Notes: generated by a model not told the origin, from the sequence alone. Shown: positions 121,452 through 132,109, counted from the first letter of the stretch. The stretch: DNA of 248,000 nt from Hyalangium minutum (GCF_000737315.1 NZ_JMCB01000002.1:20001-268000); one strand, 5' to 3'. Translations and numbers: made by a program.

Positions 121452-122690
121452 CTACATCCTCCCGAGCGCGTGCAACCCCAGGCCGGCCACGGCCGCCAAG
121501 GCGATGACGGCCATGGGGGTCAGCCGGGCCTTGGAGCGGAAGAGGACGGCGAGGGCCACGGCGAAGACGAGCCCGGTGGGCACGTCATGCACGGCGGCGC
121601 GCAGCAAGGGGAGCGCGGTGCCACCAATGAGGCCCACGACGCCCACAGTGACGCCCTCGAGGAAGACGCGGGCGCGCGGGTGGTGGAGCATGCGCTCCAG
121701 CGGGTCATGGGCGAGCAGCGTCAGCCCGAAGGCCGGGGCGAAGATGCCGGCGGTGATCGCCAGGGCTCCGGCCAAGCCGCCTCCGAGGTAGCCCACGAAG
121801 GTGCCGAAGATGATCAAAGGAGAAGGCAGCACTCCGCCAAGCGCGAGCCCATCGAGGAACTGCGCATCGGTCATCCACCCGCCCCGAGCCACCGCGTCAT
121901 TCTGGAGGAAGGGGATGGCGGTGTAAGCGCCACCGAAGGTCAGCAGGCCGGCGCGCAGGCCGGAGACGAGCAGGGAGAGCGTGCTCGGAGGCGCTCCGTT
122001 GGGAGCGGCGGCCGAGGCGGTGAGCGGCGCGGCGCTCTCGGGGGCATGGAAGGCGAGGAACAGGCCCACGCCCGTGGCGCACGCGGCGGTGAGGGCCAGT
122101 GCTCCCGCGCGCGAGCCTGCCTGGAGAAGTACGGTGGTGAGGCCGGCCCAGATGAGCGTGAGGGCGAAGTGCACCCCGAGCAGCTGGGCCACTGCGGCCA
122201 GCCCGGCGATGGCGAGCAACGGGCGCGACGTGAGCGAGTGGCCGCCGATGCGGTGGACGGCGCGGACGATGAGGGCGGCGACGGCGGCCTGCACCATCGT
122301 GAAGGCGGCCTTCACCCAGGGTGAACCCAGCCCGAAGTGCACATAGAGCCACGAGCACAGGAGCATGAGCAGGAGTCCAGGGAGCATGAAGCCCAGGCCG
122401 GCCAGCAGCCCGCCCACGCGGCCTCGGGAGAGCATGCCGAAGTAGACGCACAGCTCATGGGCCTCGGGGCCGGGGAGCACCTGGTACAGGGCGAGGGCCC
122501 GGTTGAAGTGGGCGGCGCTGACCCACTTCTCTTCCTCCACCAGCTCCTGGCGGACCATGGCGATCTGCGCGACGGGGCCGCCCCACGCCAGCAGCCCGAA
122601 GCGCAGGAAGCGCCAGAAGAGGCGGGGGAGCGGCTCGGTGGGGACGCGGGGCTCGGCCGACACGGGGCCGTGCGCCTCGGAGGGATTCAA
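121452..122690 (-). CDS. chrA: chromate efflux transporter
   Basis: GLLAWGGP, LPGP, TFGGAY. Confidence 0.88.
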   Translation of the reverse strand: MNPSEAHGPVSAEPRVPTEPLPRLFWRFLRFGLLAWGGPVAQIAMVRQELVEEEKWVSAAHFNRALALYQVLPGPEAHELCVYFGMLSRGRVGGLLAGLGFMLPGLLLMLLCSWLYVHFGLGSPWVKAAFTMVQAAVAALIVRAVHRIGGHSLTSRPLLAIAGLAAVAQLLGVHFALTLIWAGLTTVLLQAGSRAGALALTAACATGVGLFLAFHAPESAAPLTASAAAPNGAPPSTLSLLVSGLRAGLLTFGGAYTAIPFLQNDAVARGGWMTDAQFLDGLALGGVLPSPLIIFGTFVGYLGGGLAGALAITAGIFAPAFGLTLLAHDPLERMLHHPRARVFLEGVTVGVVGLIGGTALPLLRAAVHDVPTGLVFAVALAVLFRSKARLTPMAVIALAAVAGLGLHALGRM

Positions 122691-122843
122691 GGTATCTCCA
122701 CGGGACTCCCGTGACTCTGCTGCCTCCCTCCCTCTCCGTCCAGCAACGAGCTTGTCAACGCCCGGCGGTGAACGCCTCCGCGCCGCTTTTTTACCCTACC
122801 TGCTACGTCCTCATGCTTGGATGGGACCTCTAGGGGAGGGTGT

Positions 122844-123518
122844 ATGCGGGAGAACCTACCGGCGGATTGGAGTGAGGTGTTGAGGGAGTCGCTGGAGTCG
122901 CCCTCGTTCCGGAAGCTCGAGCGCTTCGTGGAGGCCGAGCGCCGCAAGGCCATCGTCTATCCCTCGGAGGAGGAGCTCTTCTCCGCGTTCCGGCTGACGC
123001 CCTACGCCCATGTCCGGGTACTGCTGCTGGGGCAGGACCCGTACCACGGGCCAGGTCAGGCGCACGGGCTGGCTTTCTCGGTGAAGCCGGGAGTGCCCCT
123101 GCCGCCCTCCCTGGTGAACATCTTCAAGGAGCTGCAGAGCGACCTGGGGCCGCCCCTGCGCACGAGCGGCTCGCTGGTACCTTGGGCGGAGCAGGGCGTG
123201 CTGCTGCTCAACGCCGTGCTGACCGTGCGCCAGGGCGAGGCCAACAGCCACGAGGGCCAGGGCTGGGAGGAGTTCACGGACGCAGTCATCCGGGCGGTGA
123301 ACGCGAAGCCGGAGCCGGTGGTGTTCCTGCTCTGGGGGAACTACGCGCGCAAGAAGCGGAAGCTCATCGACACGCAGCGTCATGAAGTCCTCGAGTCTCC
123401 GCACCCCTCGCCGCTCTCGGCCTCGGGAGGCTTCTTCGGCAGCCGCCCGTTCAGCCGCATCAATGAGGCGCTCATGCTCCGAGGGCAGCCTCCCATCGAC
123501 TGGCACCGGGTAGGGTAA
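122844..123518 (+). CDS. ung: uracil-DNA glycosylase
   Basis: GQDPYH, LLLN, HPSPLS. Confidence 0.96.
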   Translation: MRENLPADWSEVLRESLESPSFRKLERFVEAERRKAIVYPSEEELFSAFRLTPYAHVRVLLLGQDPYHGPGQAHGLAFSVKPGVPLPPSLVNIFKELQSDLGPPLRTSGSLVPWAEQGVLLLNAVLTVRQGEANSHEGQGWEEFTDAVIRAVNAKPEPVVFLLWGNYARKKRKLIDTQRHEVLESPHPSPLSASGGFFGSRPFSRINEALMLRGQPPIDWHRVG

Positions 123519-123572
123519 CGTCCCGAGCATTCGGCGAGTCGTCGCGCGGTGCCTCTCTGCTAGGGTAGCCGC

Positions 123573-124073
123573 GTGTCGCTGATCTGGATGCTGATCCACT
123601 TCTTCTGTGCGGTGTTCGCCGCCGTGGGCGTAGGGCTGCTCGTGGCCGGGCTTCGCGATGCCTGGAAGTCCTCCCGCACCCAGAAGTGGCCTCGGGCCCA
123701 GGGCACGGTCGTCTCCACCGAGGAGCTCCAGCACCAGCGGCCCGTGCCCGAAGAGTCCGGCGGCGGCACCCGCATCCACTATGAGGCCCGGATCCATTAC
123801 GAATATTCAGTAGGTCGAGTCCATATCGGCTCGACGGTTGTAAGGCTCGGCCCCACCGAGACCAGCAACGAGAAGCAGGTCCAGGCCACCCTGGCGCGTT
123901 ACCTGCCCGGGCAGACCGTCCAGGTCGCCTACAACCCCCAGGATCCCACCGAGTCCGTGCTGGAAACCGGCCTCCACCCTCTGGACTTCACCCGGGCCAT
124001 CATCGGCGTGATCTTCTTGGTGCTGGCCGTTTCGATGGAGTTCATCGCCCGCTGGTTTGCCGCCTGGCTGTAA
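123573..124073 (+). CDS. DUF3592 family protein
   Basis: WPRAQGTVV, YNPQDPTESVL. Confidence 0.8.
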   Translation: MSLIWMLIHFFCAVFAAVGVGLLVAGLRDAWKSSRTQKWPRAQGTVVSTEELQHQRPVPEESGGGTRIHYEARIHYEYSVGRVHIGSTVVRLGPTETSNEKQVQATLARYLPGQTVQVAYNPQDPTESVLETGLHPLDFTRAIIGVIFLVLAVSMEFIARWFAAWL

Positions 124074-124197
124074 TGGTCCTCAGGGGTGGAGAACCCTATC
124101 AGTCGTTATGGAAGCCAGATCGGCCGGATCAGGAGCAACCGTATCGGGAAGCGTGCGATAATCCGTACACTGACTCATTCCAACGAGGTTGCTGTCC

Positions 124198-125226
124198 ATG
124201 TCCATCCGCTCTACGAACTCTTCCGGCTCGGGCCTGATCAATCGTCCTGCTACGCAGGACAAGCCCGCCACCCAGGCTCCCGCGCAGAACACTGTCGCTC
124301 AGCAGAAGTCCTCTGGCCTGCCGGACCGGCTGCAGAGCACGTTCGAGCGGGGCAACGAGATCAACAAGAACTGGAACAAGAGCTACTCCACTGACCGCGC
124401 GATGAACACCCCGAAGCTGCCCTCCAAGGGCCTCGGCGGCGCGCTGGCGGGTCTGCTGGGCAAGCTGCCCAAGTACGAGAAGAGCGGCAGCTTCGAGAAG
124501 AGCGTGGCGTACGCGAAGACCGAGGGCAGCTTCGGCGACCCGAACGGCATCGCGTCCGGCAACTACCGCGCCAGCTTCCTCGAGGCCGGCGTGAACGGCA
124601 GCGGCTCGGTGGCCTTCGAGAACGGCGCCCTCAAGGCGCACGGCGAGGTGCACGCGCAGGCCACGCTGATCGACGCGGCGGCGGACTTCCGCGCCAAGCT
124701 CGGGCCTCTGTCGGCCGAGGGCCAGGGCCACGCGTGGGTGGGCGCCAAGGCGAACGCCTCGGGTGACCTGACCATCGACCCGGTGAACGGCAAGTACGGG
124801 CTCGAGGTGGGCGGCGATGCCTTCGTGGGCGCCAAGGCTGGCGTCGAGGGCAAGGTGAGCCTGGGTGAGTACGGCGGCGTCGGTGGCAAGGCCGAGGCCT
124901 GGGCCGGCGTGGGTGTGTCCGCCAACGCCTCCGTGAAGCTGGAGAACGGCCGCTTCAAGGCGCGCTTCGAGCTGGGCGCGGCGCTCGGCATCGGCTTCAA
125001 GCTGGGCTTCAACGTCGACATCAACTTCAAGAAGATCGGCGACGCGGTCAAGAACGTCTTCAAGAAGCCGGTGGAGTTCGTGAAGAACATCGGCAGCAAG
125101 GTGGGCGAGGTGTTCAAGGGCGCCGCTGACGCCGTGAAGGACGTGGGTAGCAAGATCGCCGACGGCGTGAAGGCCGTGGGCAGCGCGGTGGGCGGCGCGC
125201 TCAAGAAGGTGTTCAGCGGCTGGTAA
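124198..125226 (+). CDS. Gly/Ala-rich hypothetical protein without signal peptide
   Basis: Disordered N-terminus, GAxA beta repeats, amphipathic C-terminal helices. Confidence 0.7.
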   Translation: MSIRSTNSSGSGLINRPATQDKPATQAPAQNTVAQQKSSGLPDRLQSTFERGNEINKNWNKSYSTDRAMNTPKLPSKGLGGALAGLLGKLPKYEKSGSFEKSVAYAKTEGSFGDPNGIASGNYRASFLEAGVNGSGSVAFENGALKAHGEVHAQATLIDAAADFRAKLGPLSAEGQGHAWVGAKANASGDLTIDPVNGKYGLEVGGDAFVGAKAGVEGKVSLGEYGGVGGKAEAWAGVGVSANASVKLENGRFKARFELGAALGIGFKLGFNVDINFKKIGDAVKNVFKKPVEFVKNIGSKVGEVFKGAADAVKDVGSKIADGVKAVGSAVGGALKKVFSGW

Positions 125227-125302
125227 GCTGAGGCCCAGCGGTCGCTTTCATTCCTGAGGGCCCACTTCCTAGCGGAGTGGGCCCTCTGCTATTTGGAGAA
125301 GC

Positions 125303-126484
125303 ATGAGCACTCCCAACTTTGAGAAGCTCCTGAAGCAAGGCGACATCGAGAAGGGTCGCAACGAGGCGCAGGCTGCCCTCATGAAGGACCCCAACGATCG
125401 CCGCGCGCTGCTGGCGCTGGCGAAGGTGGCGGCCCTCGAGGGCGATGAGCCGCTGGCCGAGTCGCTCCTGCAGAAGGTGGCGGGCGGCACCGCGGATGAC
125501 GAAGCGGATGCTCAGCTGGTGCGCGCCGCGCTCCACATGCAGAAGGGCGAGTTCGAGCAGGCCGGCGCCATCTACATGAAGCTCGCGGAGGATCCGCCGC
125601 GCGCCGAGGCGCTCTACGGCGTGGGCTACTTCCTCACCGAGGCTGGGCAGAACGAGCTGGCCAAGAAGGCGCTGGTGAAGGCGGTGGAGATGGAGCCGGA
125701 GGTGGGCGTGTACCACTTCCAGCTGGCGCGGGTGCTGTTCGCGATGGGCGAGCTGAAGGGCGCCTTCGAGCACCTGGAGACGTCGCTCAAGCTCAACCCG
125801 GGGCACATCCCCTCGTACGTGGTGATGTCGGTGGCGCTGCAGGCGGGTGGCGAGCTGGAGGCGGCGGAGGACATCCTGCGCTCGGGCTTGAAGGCGTTCC
125901 CGGACGAGCCGCACATGCTGGAGCAGCTGAGCAACGTGCTGGCGGGCAAGGGTGACATCAACGGCGCGGCCGAGGTGGCCGAGCAGCTGGCGAAGGCGCA
126001 GCCCAACCACCCGAGTGCGATTGGCAACCTGGCGCGGTTCCGGATGGCGCAGGGACGGCTGGGCGACGCGCTGTCGCTGTGCCACGCGCTGGCCGAGCGC
126101 GGGATGGCCACGGGGCAGAGCCGCTCGGTGGAGGCCATGGTGTACGAGGCCATGAATCCTCCGGACATCGATGGGGCGCAGGCGGCGTGGCGCGCGGCGG
126201 CGGAGCTGGATCCGGACGACTGGCGGGCGCCGAACAACCTGGGTCTGCTGCTGATGCGTGGGCCGGAGGTGGAGACGATCCGCGAGGGCAGGGATGCGCT
126301 GGAGGAAGCGCACCGCCGCGATCCGGAGCGTCCCGAGCCGCGGCTCAACCTGGCCCTGGCGTGCGTGAAGCTGGGCGACAAGGCCCGGGCGAAGGAGCTG
126401 ACGAAGGACCTGCTGTCGCGCGTCGCGACGCTGGAGCCGGAGCAGCGCGAGCAGGCCGAGCGGCTGGCGAAGCAGCTCGCCTGA
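125303..126484 (+). CDS. TPR protein
   Basis: Multiple TPR repeats. Confidence 0.85.
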   Translation: MSTPNFEKLLKQGDIEKGRNEAQAALMKDPNDRRALLALAKVAALEGDEPLAESLLQKVAGGTADDEADAQLVRAALHMQKGEFEQAGAIYMKLAEDPPRAEALYGVGYFLTEAGQNELAKKALVKAVEMEPEVGVYHFQLARVLFAMGELKGAFEHLETSLKLNPGHIPSYVVMSVALQAGGELEAAEDILRSGLKAFPDEPHMLEQLSNVLAGKGDINGAAEVAEQLAKAQPNHPSAIGNLARFRMAQGRLGDALSLCHALAERGMATGQSRSVEAMVYEAMNPPDIDGAQAAWRAAAELDPDDWRAPNNLGLLLMRGPEVETIREGRDALEEAHRRDPERPEPRLNLALACVKLGDKARAKELTKDLLSRVATLEPEQREQAERLAKQLA

Positions 126485-126522
126485 GCGGGGGAGCGGAGCT
126501 GGAGCTGGGTGCCCCTGACGCG

Positions 126523-127239
126523 ATGAACAACCCCTCCAGTCGATGGAAGTGGCTGCTGGCGGCAGTGGCGCTGGCGGCCTGCGCGACCACGCCGTTGGGG
126601 AGCGAGGGCCCGGGCTGCGAAGAGGCAGCCGAGGTCGCTCTCTCCGAGGAGGCGTGCGCGGACGAGAGCCGCCTGGTGCCGCTGTGCGCCGGCGAGCAAT
126701 GCGGGCTGTACCGGTGCAGGGAGGTGAAGGAGTTCCTGGTGCTGGGGCGCGTGGTGCTGGCGCGCGGGGCGGCTGCGGTGTTGCCCAACCCCACGGCAGG
126801 AGCCCAGCGCAACTGGGGGAGCGCGCAGGAGTTGCCGCGGGACACGCGGCCTGTGTTCATCATCCCGTGGAGGCACCGGCCGCCGCTGCTGCCCAGTCAG
126901 CAGCAGATGCTGGACGAGGCGGCGAAGGAGCGGAGAAAGCCCCACGAGCAGCACCACATCTTCCCCAGGATGTTCAGGTCCTGGTTTACCCAGCAAGGCA
127001 TCGATATCGACGAGTACGTCATTCTCCTGGAGGTGGAGAAGCATCGGAGCATCCATCGGGGGGCGAACGGTGGACCGTGGAACGATGCCTGGGCTCGGTT
127101 CATCAATAAGCGCAGCAGTGACAGAGTGCCAAAAGAGGAGATCCACAAGTATGCGGGCCAGCTCATCTATGAGTTTGAGCTGTTCGGCCCAGTCATGCGG
127201 TTCAGAAGTCAGTTACCGCCGCTGCCTCTGGGATATTGA
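126523..127239 (+). CDS. TIGR02269-like (SitA-type) lipoprotein toxin
   Basis: LAAC lipobox, CAGEQCGLYRC, HHIFP...H.SIH..GPWN. Confidence 0.85.
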   Translation: MNNPSSRWKWLLAAVALAACATTPLGSEGPGCEEAAEVALSEEACADESRLVPLCAGEQCGLYRCREVKEFLVLGRVVLARGAAAVLPNPTAGAQRNWGSAQELPRDTRPVFIIPWRHRPPLLPSQQQMLDEAAKERRKPHEQHHIFPRMFRSWFTQQGIDIDEYVILLEVEKHRSIHRGANGGPWNDAWARFINKRSSDRVPKEEIHKYAGQLIYEFELFGPVMRFRSQLPPLPLGY

Positions 127240-127245
127240 AGTGCC

Positions 127246-127968
127246 ATGCAGTTCTACTGGCTGAAGAGGGTTGAGAATCCGCAGTGCTCGGGTGGATACG
127301 ACTTCGGGCATCAATGGGGCCTGCCCGGGGTTCATTGCCCTATGTGCAACGACACCTGGGCATCCACAGGAGAGACCTATCCGTCGGTGGATCTGTCCCA
127401 GCTGCCTGCCGAGGAGCAGAGGAAATATCTGCCGCGGGTCGAGGAGAACTATGAGGAATTCGAGCGGTTGCGCGAGCAGGTGCGCCCGCTGGTGCCTCCA
127501 GGCGCTCGGCTCTGGCCCGGGACGCAGTTCGGCCCTTTGATTGGCCGAGCCCAGGGGGAGTTTGGCCCGCTGGTGCTGTTCTACGTGTGGGAGCCGTTGA
127601 TGCGGCGCGAGCCCATGGAGCGCTTGCAGGCGGAGGGCCTGAAGGGCTTGAAGGGGTGCCGTACGGCGCTGCGCTTCCGCAAGAAGAACCCGCCGGAGTT
127701 CCTCGAAATGGAGTTGCTGCTTCGGGGCAGACTGCACCCCGGCTGCCTGCCAGAGCTCACTCCTCCTTGTCCTCAATGCAAGGGGGGCAGCGCGAGCTGG
127801 CCGGAGGAGCCTGTCCTGGACGCGTCCACGCTGCCGCAAGACCTGGACCTGTTCCGGCTGGCCGACTTCATGAGGGTCATCGTCACCGAGCGCTTCGTGG
127901 AGGCGGTGCAGCGCCTGAGCTACGCGCAGGACCTCGCCTTCCAGCAACTGCCAGTGCGCGGCGGTTAG
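127246..127968 (+). CDS. double-CXXCG immunity protein
   Basis: WGLPGVHCPMC, CPQCKG; follows toxin. Confidence 0.85.
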   Translation: MQFYWLKRVENPQCSGGYDFGHQWGLPGVHCPMCNDTWASTGETYPSVDLSQLPAEEQRKYLPRVEENYEEFERLREQVRPLVPPGARLWPGTQFGPLIGRAQGEFGPLVLFYVWEPLMRREPMERLQAEGLKGLKGCRTALRFRKKNPPEFLEMELLLRGRLHPGCLPELTPPCPQCKGGSASWPEEPVLDASTLPQDLDLFRLADFMRVIVTERFVEAVQRLSYAQDLAFQQLPVRGG

Positions 127969-128013
127969 CACACGCTTGTCCCCGCACGGGCGTGTGTCTC
128001 GGTGCGCGTCAGG

Positions 128014-129186
128014 TCAGGGCTGTGTGGAAACCTGATCGGGATCAACTCCAGCGTCAGAGTCCGACGCTGCCGCCAGCGGCATGAGCCACTCCCGAGCCAG
128101 ACCGGCGGCCTCGGCCTTGAGCTGGAACACCTCTTCCGCCACGTCCGAGGCCCCTCGATGGCCGAGGGCACGCAGGCGCTGGCGCAGCGCTTGCTCCAGC
128201 TCCGCGGCGCTCGCGTAGCGCTCCGAGGGCTCCGGCCGGAGCAGCTTGTGGAGGATGAAGCGCGTGGGCTCGGGAACCTCGCGGGCGGCCCGCTCCACCT
128301 CGTCGAAGTTCAGGGAGCGGACGCGCTGGAGGAGCTGATCCAGCTCCTGGCCTGCCAGGACGTGCTGGCGTACCCCCAGCTCCTGAACGAACCCCTCCAC
128401 CGCCCCCAGTGCTTCTGGAGGCAGCAGGGCCAGATCCTTGCCCAGCTGCCGCAGGTCCACCTCCTCCTCCCGCCAGAGCAGGTGCTGGCCCGTCAGCAGC
128501 TCCAACAGGATCAGTCCCAGCGCGAAGAGGTCCGAGCGCCCATCCATGGACCGGCGGAGGATCTGCTCGGGCGAGGCATAGACATCGCGCCCGCCCACGC
128601 GGGCCCGCGAGGACGTCTGCCGGCCGCTGAGCTGGGAGCGCGCCAGCCCGAAGTCCAGCAACTTCACCTGCCCCCGCGGGCCGATGCGGATGCGGTCGGG
128701 GTGGAGGCCTCGGTGGATGATGCCCAGTGGTGCTCCCCGCGCATCCGTGAGCGTATGGGCGTGGTGCAGGGCGCTGGCCACCTCGGCGCCCACGTGGAGC
128801 ACGAACGTCTCGGAGCAGTAGCGTCCGCACAGCAACGCGTCGTTGAAGAGCGCGTCCACGGAGTCTCCCTCGACGTACTCCGTGACGGCGTAGAGGGTGC
128901 CCGCGTGCTCGTGCAGCGCGTACAGGCGGGCGATGGCCGGGTGCGAGAGCCGGGTGGCCAGCTGCGCCTCCTCCACCAGCCTCCGGCGCGCCTTGGGTGA
129001 AGCCTCCGCGGCAACGGTCTTGAGCACCACCTGCTCGCCCACCCGGCCCTGGCGGTGGACCCGCGCCAGCAGCAGCCGCTCGCCCCGGGGGCCCTCGCCC
129101 AGCTCCTGGAGGTGCTCATAGCTCACTTCATCCACGCTGAAGAGGAACGCTCCAGGGGCTGTCGCGGCGGGCTTCTTCTTGGACAT
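128014..129186 (-). CDS. Ser/Thr pseudokinase
   Basis: Catalytic loop reads HRGLHPDR instead of HRDLKPxN; DFG kept. Confidence 0.75.
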   Translation of the reverse strand: MSKKKPAATAPGAFLFSVDEVSYEHLQELGEGPRGERLLLARVHRQGRVGEQVVLKTVAAEASPKARRRLVEEAQLATRLSHPAIARLYALHEHAGTLYAVTEYVEGDSVDALFNDALLCGRYCSETFVLHVGAEVASALHHAHTLTDARGAPLGIIHRGLHPDRIRIGPRGQVKLLDFGLARSQLSGRQTSSRARVGGRDVYASPEQILRRSMDGRSDLFALGLILLELLTGQHLLWREEEVDLRQLGKDLALLPPEALGAVEGFVQELGVRQHVLAGQELDQLLQRVRSLNFDEVERAAREVPEPTRFILHKLLRPEPSERYASAAELEQALRQRLRALGHRGASDVAEEVFQLKAEAAGLAREWLMPLAAASDSDAGVDPDQVSTQP

Positions 129187-129303
129187 GGGCAGGCTCCTTC
129201 GCTCGGCGGCGCGGGCGGGAGACTACCGTGGGCGTGCCTCGTGCGCGAGTGACCTGGTGAGTAGGAGCAGGCCTCGCGCTGCGGCGCTCCGTGTCAAGGG
129301 GCT

Positions 129304-131094
129304 TTACAAATCATAGTACTTGAATTGCTGCTCCCACCGTTTGGCCGGACGGCTCTGGAGGAGGTTACGGAGGAAGGGACCGTCATCGGAGCCCTCACGA
129401 TCGTTCTTCCACCGCTCAATGGGCATGGAGATGAAGCAGACCGGCAGCTTGCGGCCATCCGGAAGCTCCGCCTCGGTCCAACGGGCCCACGCGTTCCCTT
129501 GGACTGGAATCCAGAGCCGACCGTGGAGGAGCGTTCCTTTGGGGAGGTCTTCGAGCTGGCTCTTATACACACGGCTGACCACCTCCCCGCTGCGGAGGGC
129601 CACCACATCTTCTGTGTTAGGCCGTGAGGCGTCGAGAAAGACGAGGAACGGGGATCCCGTATCCGGGGCTTCGGCATAGGGGAACCACTGCCGCTCAATC
129701 ATGGCGGCGACAATCTTGGGCGGACAGTCTCCTGGGGGAGGTGTGGCCTGCATGGTGGCGCACGCTGTGTTCATGGCCGCCACGGCAGCGGGGACCAGCA
129801 GGCACCACTCGGGGGAGCCGGGGGCAGGAGCGCGCTTCGCGTCGGGAGAGAGGGTCTGGCGCTTCTTCATGGGAGGATCGTCCTTGCGCGTGGCAGGTGG
129901 GGGCAGGGCGCTGGTGGAGGGGGAAGGTGGCTCAGTGACGGGTGACGAGCCAGGGGCCAGGGAGGCTTTGGAAGCTTCGGAAGGCGGAGGGGACATTGGC
130001 GCCACGGGTCGCATCCAGGAGGAGAGGGAACTGGCGGCCAGCGCCAGGCCTCCGAGGCCCCCCGCCAGGACCGCGCCCCACGCGAGCCTTCGGGGGAGGC
130101 GTGCAAGCTGAGGCGGGCCTGCTTCCGCGGACACGTCTGGCTCTTCGCTCCCGGCCGGTGCTGGCAACAGCGCCTCCCATGCGGCGCTCCCGTCGTCCAG
130201 GCTGCCCAGATCGCGCTCCAGCGCCTCGGCGGTGGCGTGCCGCTGGCGGGGATCCTTGGACAACAGCCGCATCACCGCCTGGCTCAATGTCACGGGCAGG
130301 AAGGGGTGGAGCTCATGCGGTGGTGTGGGGATGCGCAGCTCGATCTCTGCATCGAGGCGCTGGCGCTCGGCGGCGGAGAAGAAGGGGCTCTGGCCGGTCA
130401 GCAACTCGTAGAAGGTGACGCCCAGCGCATAGAGGTCGTCCGCCGGTTGGAACTCGTACCGGGCTTCAGGGTCCTCCGCGTGCAGCCGGGCGAAGTGCAG
130501 GGACTCCGGGCTGCGATAGACAGGCGTGCCTGGCGGAAGGTGCTCCTGGGTGAGCGGCGTGGAGTGCGCATAGTCCCCCGCGCCCCAATCCACGATGACG
130601 GGCTCTCCATTGGGGCGCACGAGGATATTGGCGGGCTTGAGGTCGCGGTGGAAGATGCCCTGCTGGTGCGCAGTGCCGAGCGCATCCGCGAGCGCGATGA
130701 AGAGCCGCAGCGCCTGACGCAGGGTGGGGCGGTGGCGCAGGGCCCACACGCGCAAGGTGTCCCCCTGCACGAACTCCATGACGAGGTAGAAGTACCCATC
130801 CTCCAGATCTGGCCAGCGCCCATGGGCCAGGACCCTGACGATATGGCGGTGCTGGAGCCGGAGCAGACACGCCAGCTCCCGCTTCATCCGGTCGTCGGTA
130901 CGCTTCCTGTCATGAGGTGCGCTGGCCGCCCGGCGCAGGGCGAACTTCAGCGCGTAGCTCCGGCCCTGGCGCGTCGCGAGATAGACGACACCAAAGCCCC
131001 CGCTGGACAGCCGCTGCTCGAGGCGGAAGCTGTCCACCATGGCCCCGGGGCTCAAGAAGCCCGGGTGGATGAGGTGGGGAGGGGACCCCTTCAT
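129304..131094 (-). CDS. Ser/Thr protein kinase
   Basis: SGGFG, HRDLKPAN, DWG. Confidence 0.88.
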   Translation of the reverse strand: MKGSPPHLIHPGFLSPGAMVDSFRLEQRLSSGGFGVVYLATRQGRSYALKFALRRAASAPHDRKRTDDRMKRELACLLRLQHRHIVRVLAHGRWPDLEDGYFYLVMEFVQGDTLRVWALRHRPTLRQALRLFIALADALGTAHQQGIFHRDLKPANILVRPNGEPVIVDWGAGDYAHSTPLTQEHLPPGTPVYRSPESLHFARLHAEDPEARYEFQPADDLYALGVTFYELLTGQSPFFSAAERQRLDAEIELRIPTPPHELHPFLPVTLSQAVMRLLSKDPRQRHATAEALERDLGSLDDGSAAWEALLPAPAGSEEPDVSAEAGPPQLARLPRRLAWGAVLAGGLGGLALAASSLSSWMRPVAPMSPPPSEASKASLAPGSSPVTEPPSPSTSALPPPATRKDDPPMKKRQTLSPDAKRAPAPGSPEWCLLVPAAVAAMNTACATMQATPPPGDCPPKIVAAMIERQWFPYAEAPDTGSPFLVFLDASRPNTEDVVALRSGEVVSRVYKSQLEDLPKGTLLHGRLWIPVQGNAWARWTEAELPDGRKLPVCFISMPIERWKNDREGSDDGPFLRNLLQSRPAKRWEQQFKYYDL

Positions 131095-132017
131095 GGCGCG
131101 GGCTCAGCGGGGCTCGCGCGATCGTCGCCCGAGAGGCGGGGAAACATGAAAGTCAGGGTCATGGCGGGCTGCTCTTGGGAGGGCACCTTCAGAGACAGAA
131201 TATATTCGCCTCGGGCTGGCGGTTCAGGGCTCAGGACGTCGACCACGACCAGGGCCTCGGGCCGGGGCAGCATGCGCTTCGCGCGCACCCCGCGCACCGT
131301 GAGCTGGTTTGGGGTGGTTGCTGGGGCCGTGAGCGAGGCCTCTTGAAATTCCCAGGGCTGCCCGCTGGGCGGCTGGGGAATGCGCAGGGCAAGCACGAAC
131401 CACCCAGGCCCCGCGTGCACCCACCCGCTGACCTTGAGACTGGAGCGATTCGCGTCCTGGACCTCCGTGATAGTGAGTGGGCTGGTGGAGAGGCCGTGCT
131501 CATCGAGCACACCCGAGACGACAAGGTCCGCCAGGGTGCCCGCCCCTGCCTGAGCCTGGGCCTGGGCGAGCTCCGCCTGGCACGCGGCGAGCGTCTGGAT
131601 GTGCCGGGAGATGTTCACTTGGAGGTCCACCTCGGAGGGCCGCGACACGAGCGCGAGCAGGGCCTCCTGCGGCGTGCTGTCGTCCCGGAAGCGGACGCTG
131701 AGCCACAGCCGTTCATGGGCGTCGAGCTTCACCCGAAGCTGAAGGACGAGAGAGCGCGCGCCGGCATCCACCAGTTGCACGCGCGTGGCATCCAGGACGA
131801 CCGAGTCCTTGTCGATGTCGGCATCGAAGCTCAGCAGGGTGCGCAGGTCTGGTGCCAGGTGGACTTCGGGGACGGGAGCACCTGAGCCCGCCACGGTGAC
131901 ATCGCGCTGTCGCAGGGCGCGAGGGGGCGCAGGTTGGGCTGCGGCGCTGTGGGCGGCCAAGAGAACGGCGAGCATCAACCATCTTGTAGGTAGGGACAGT
132001 GCGAGGTAACCTCCCAC
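131091..132017 (-). CDS. DUF2381 family protein
   Basis: Signal, TLLSFDA, myxobacterial pattern. Confidence 0.75.
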   Translation of the reverse strand: MGGYLALSLPTRWLMLAVLLAAHSAAAQPAPPRALRQRDVTVAGSGAPVPEVHLAPDLRTLLSFDADIDKDSVVLDATRVQLVDAGARSLVLQLRVKLDAHERLWLSVRFRDDSTPQEALLALVSRPSEVDLQVNISRHIQTLAACQAELAQAQAQAGAGTLADLVVSGVLDEHGLSTSPLTITEVQDANRSSLKVSGWVHAGPGWFVLALRIPQPPSGQPWEFQEASLTAPATTPNQLTVRGVRAKRMLPRPEALVVVDVLSPEPPARGEYILSLKVPSQEQPAMTLTFMFPRLSGDDRASPAEPAP

Positions 132018-132109
132018 GTAGGAAAGCTAGCACAGCCTCCGCGCGTCCTGGTCATCGGGGCCAGGGCCTCTCTGCAGGGGGCGCGGTGTACTCACGAGGG
132101 GAGCGATTC

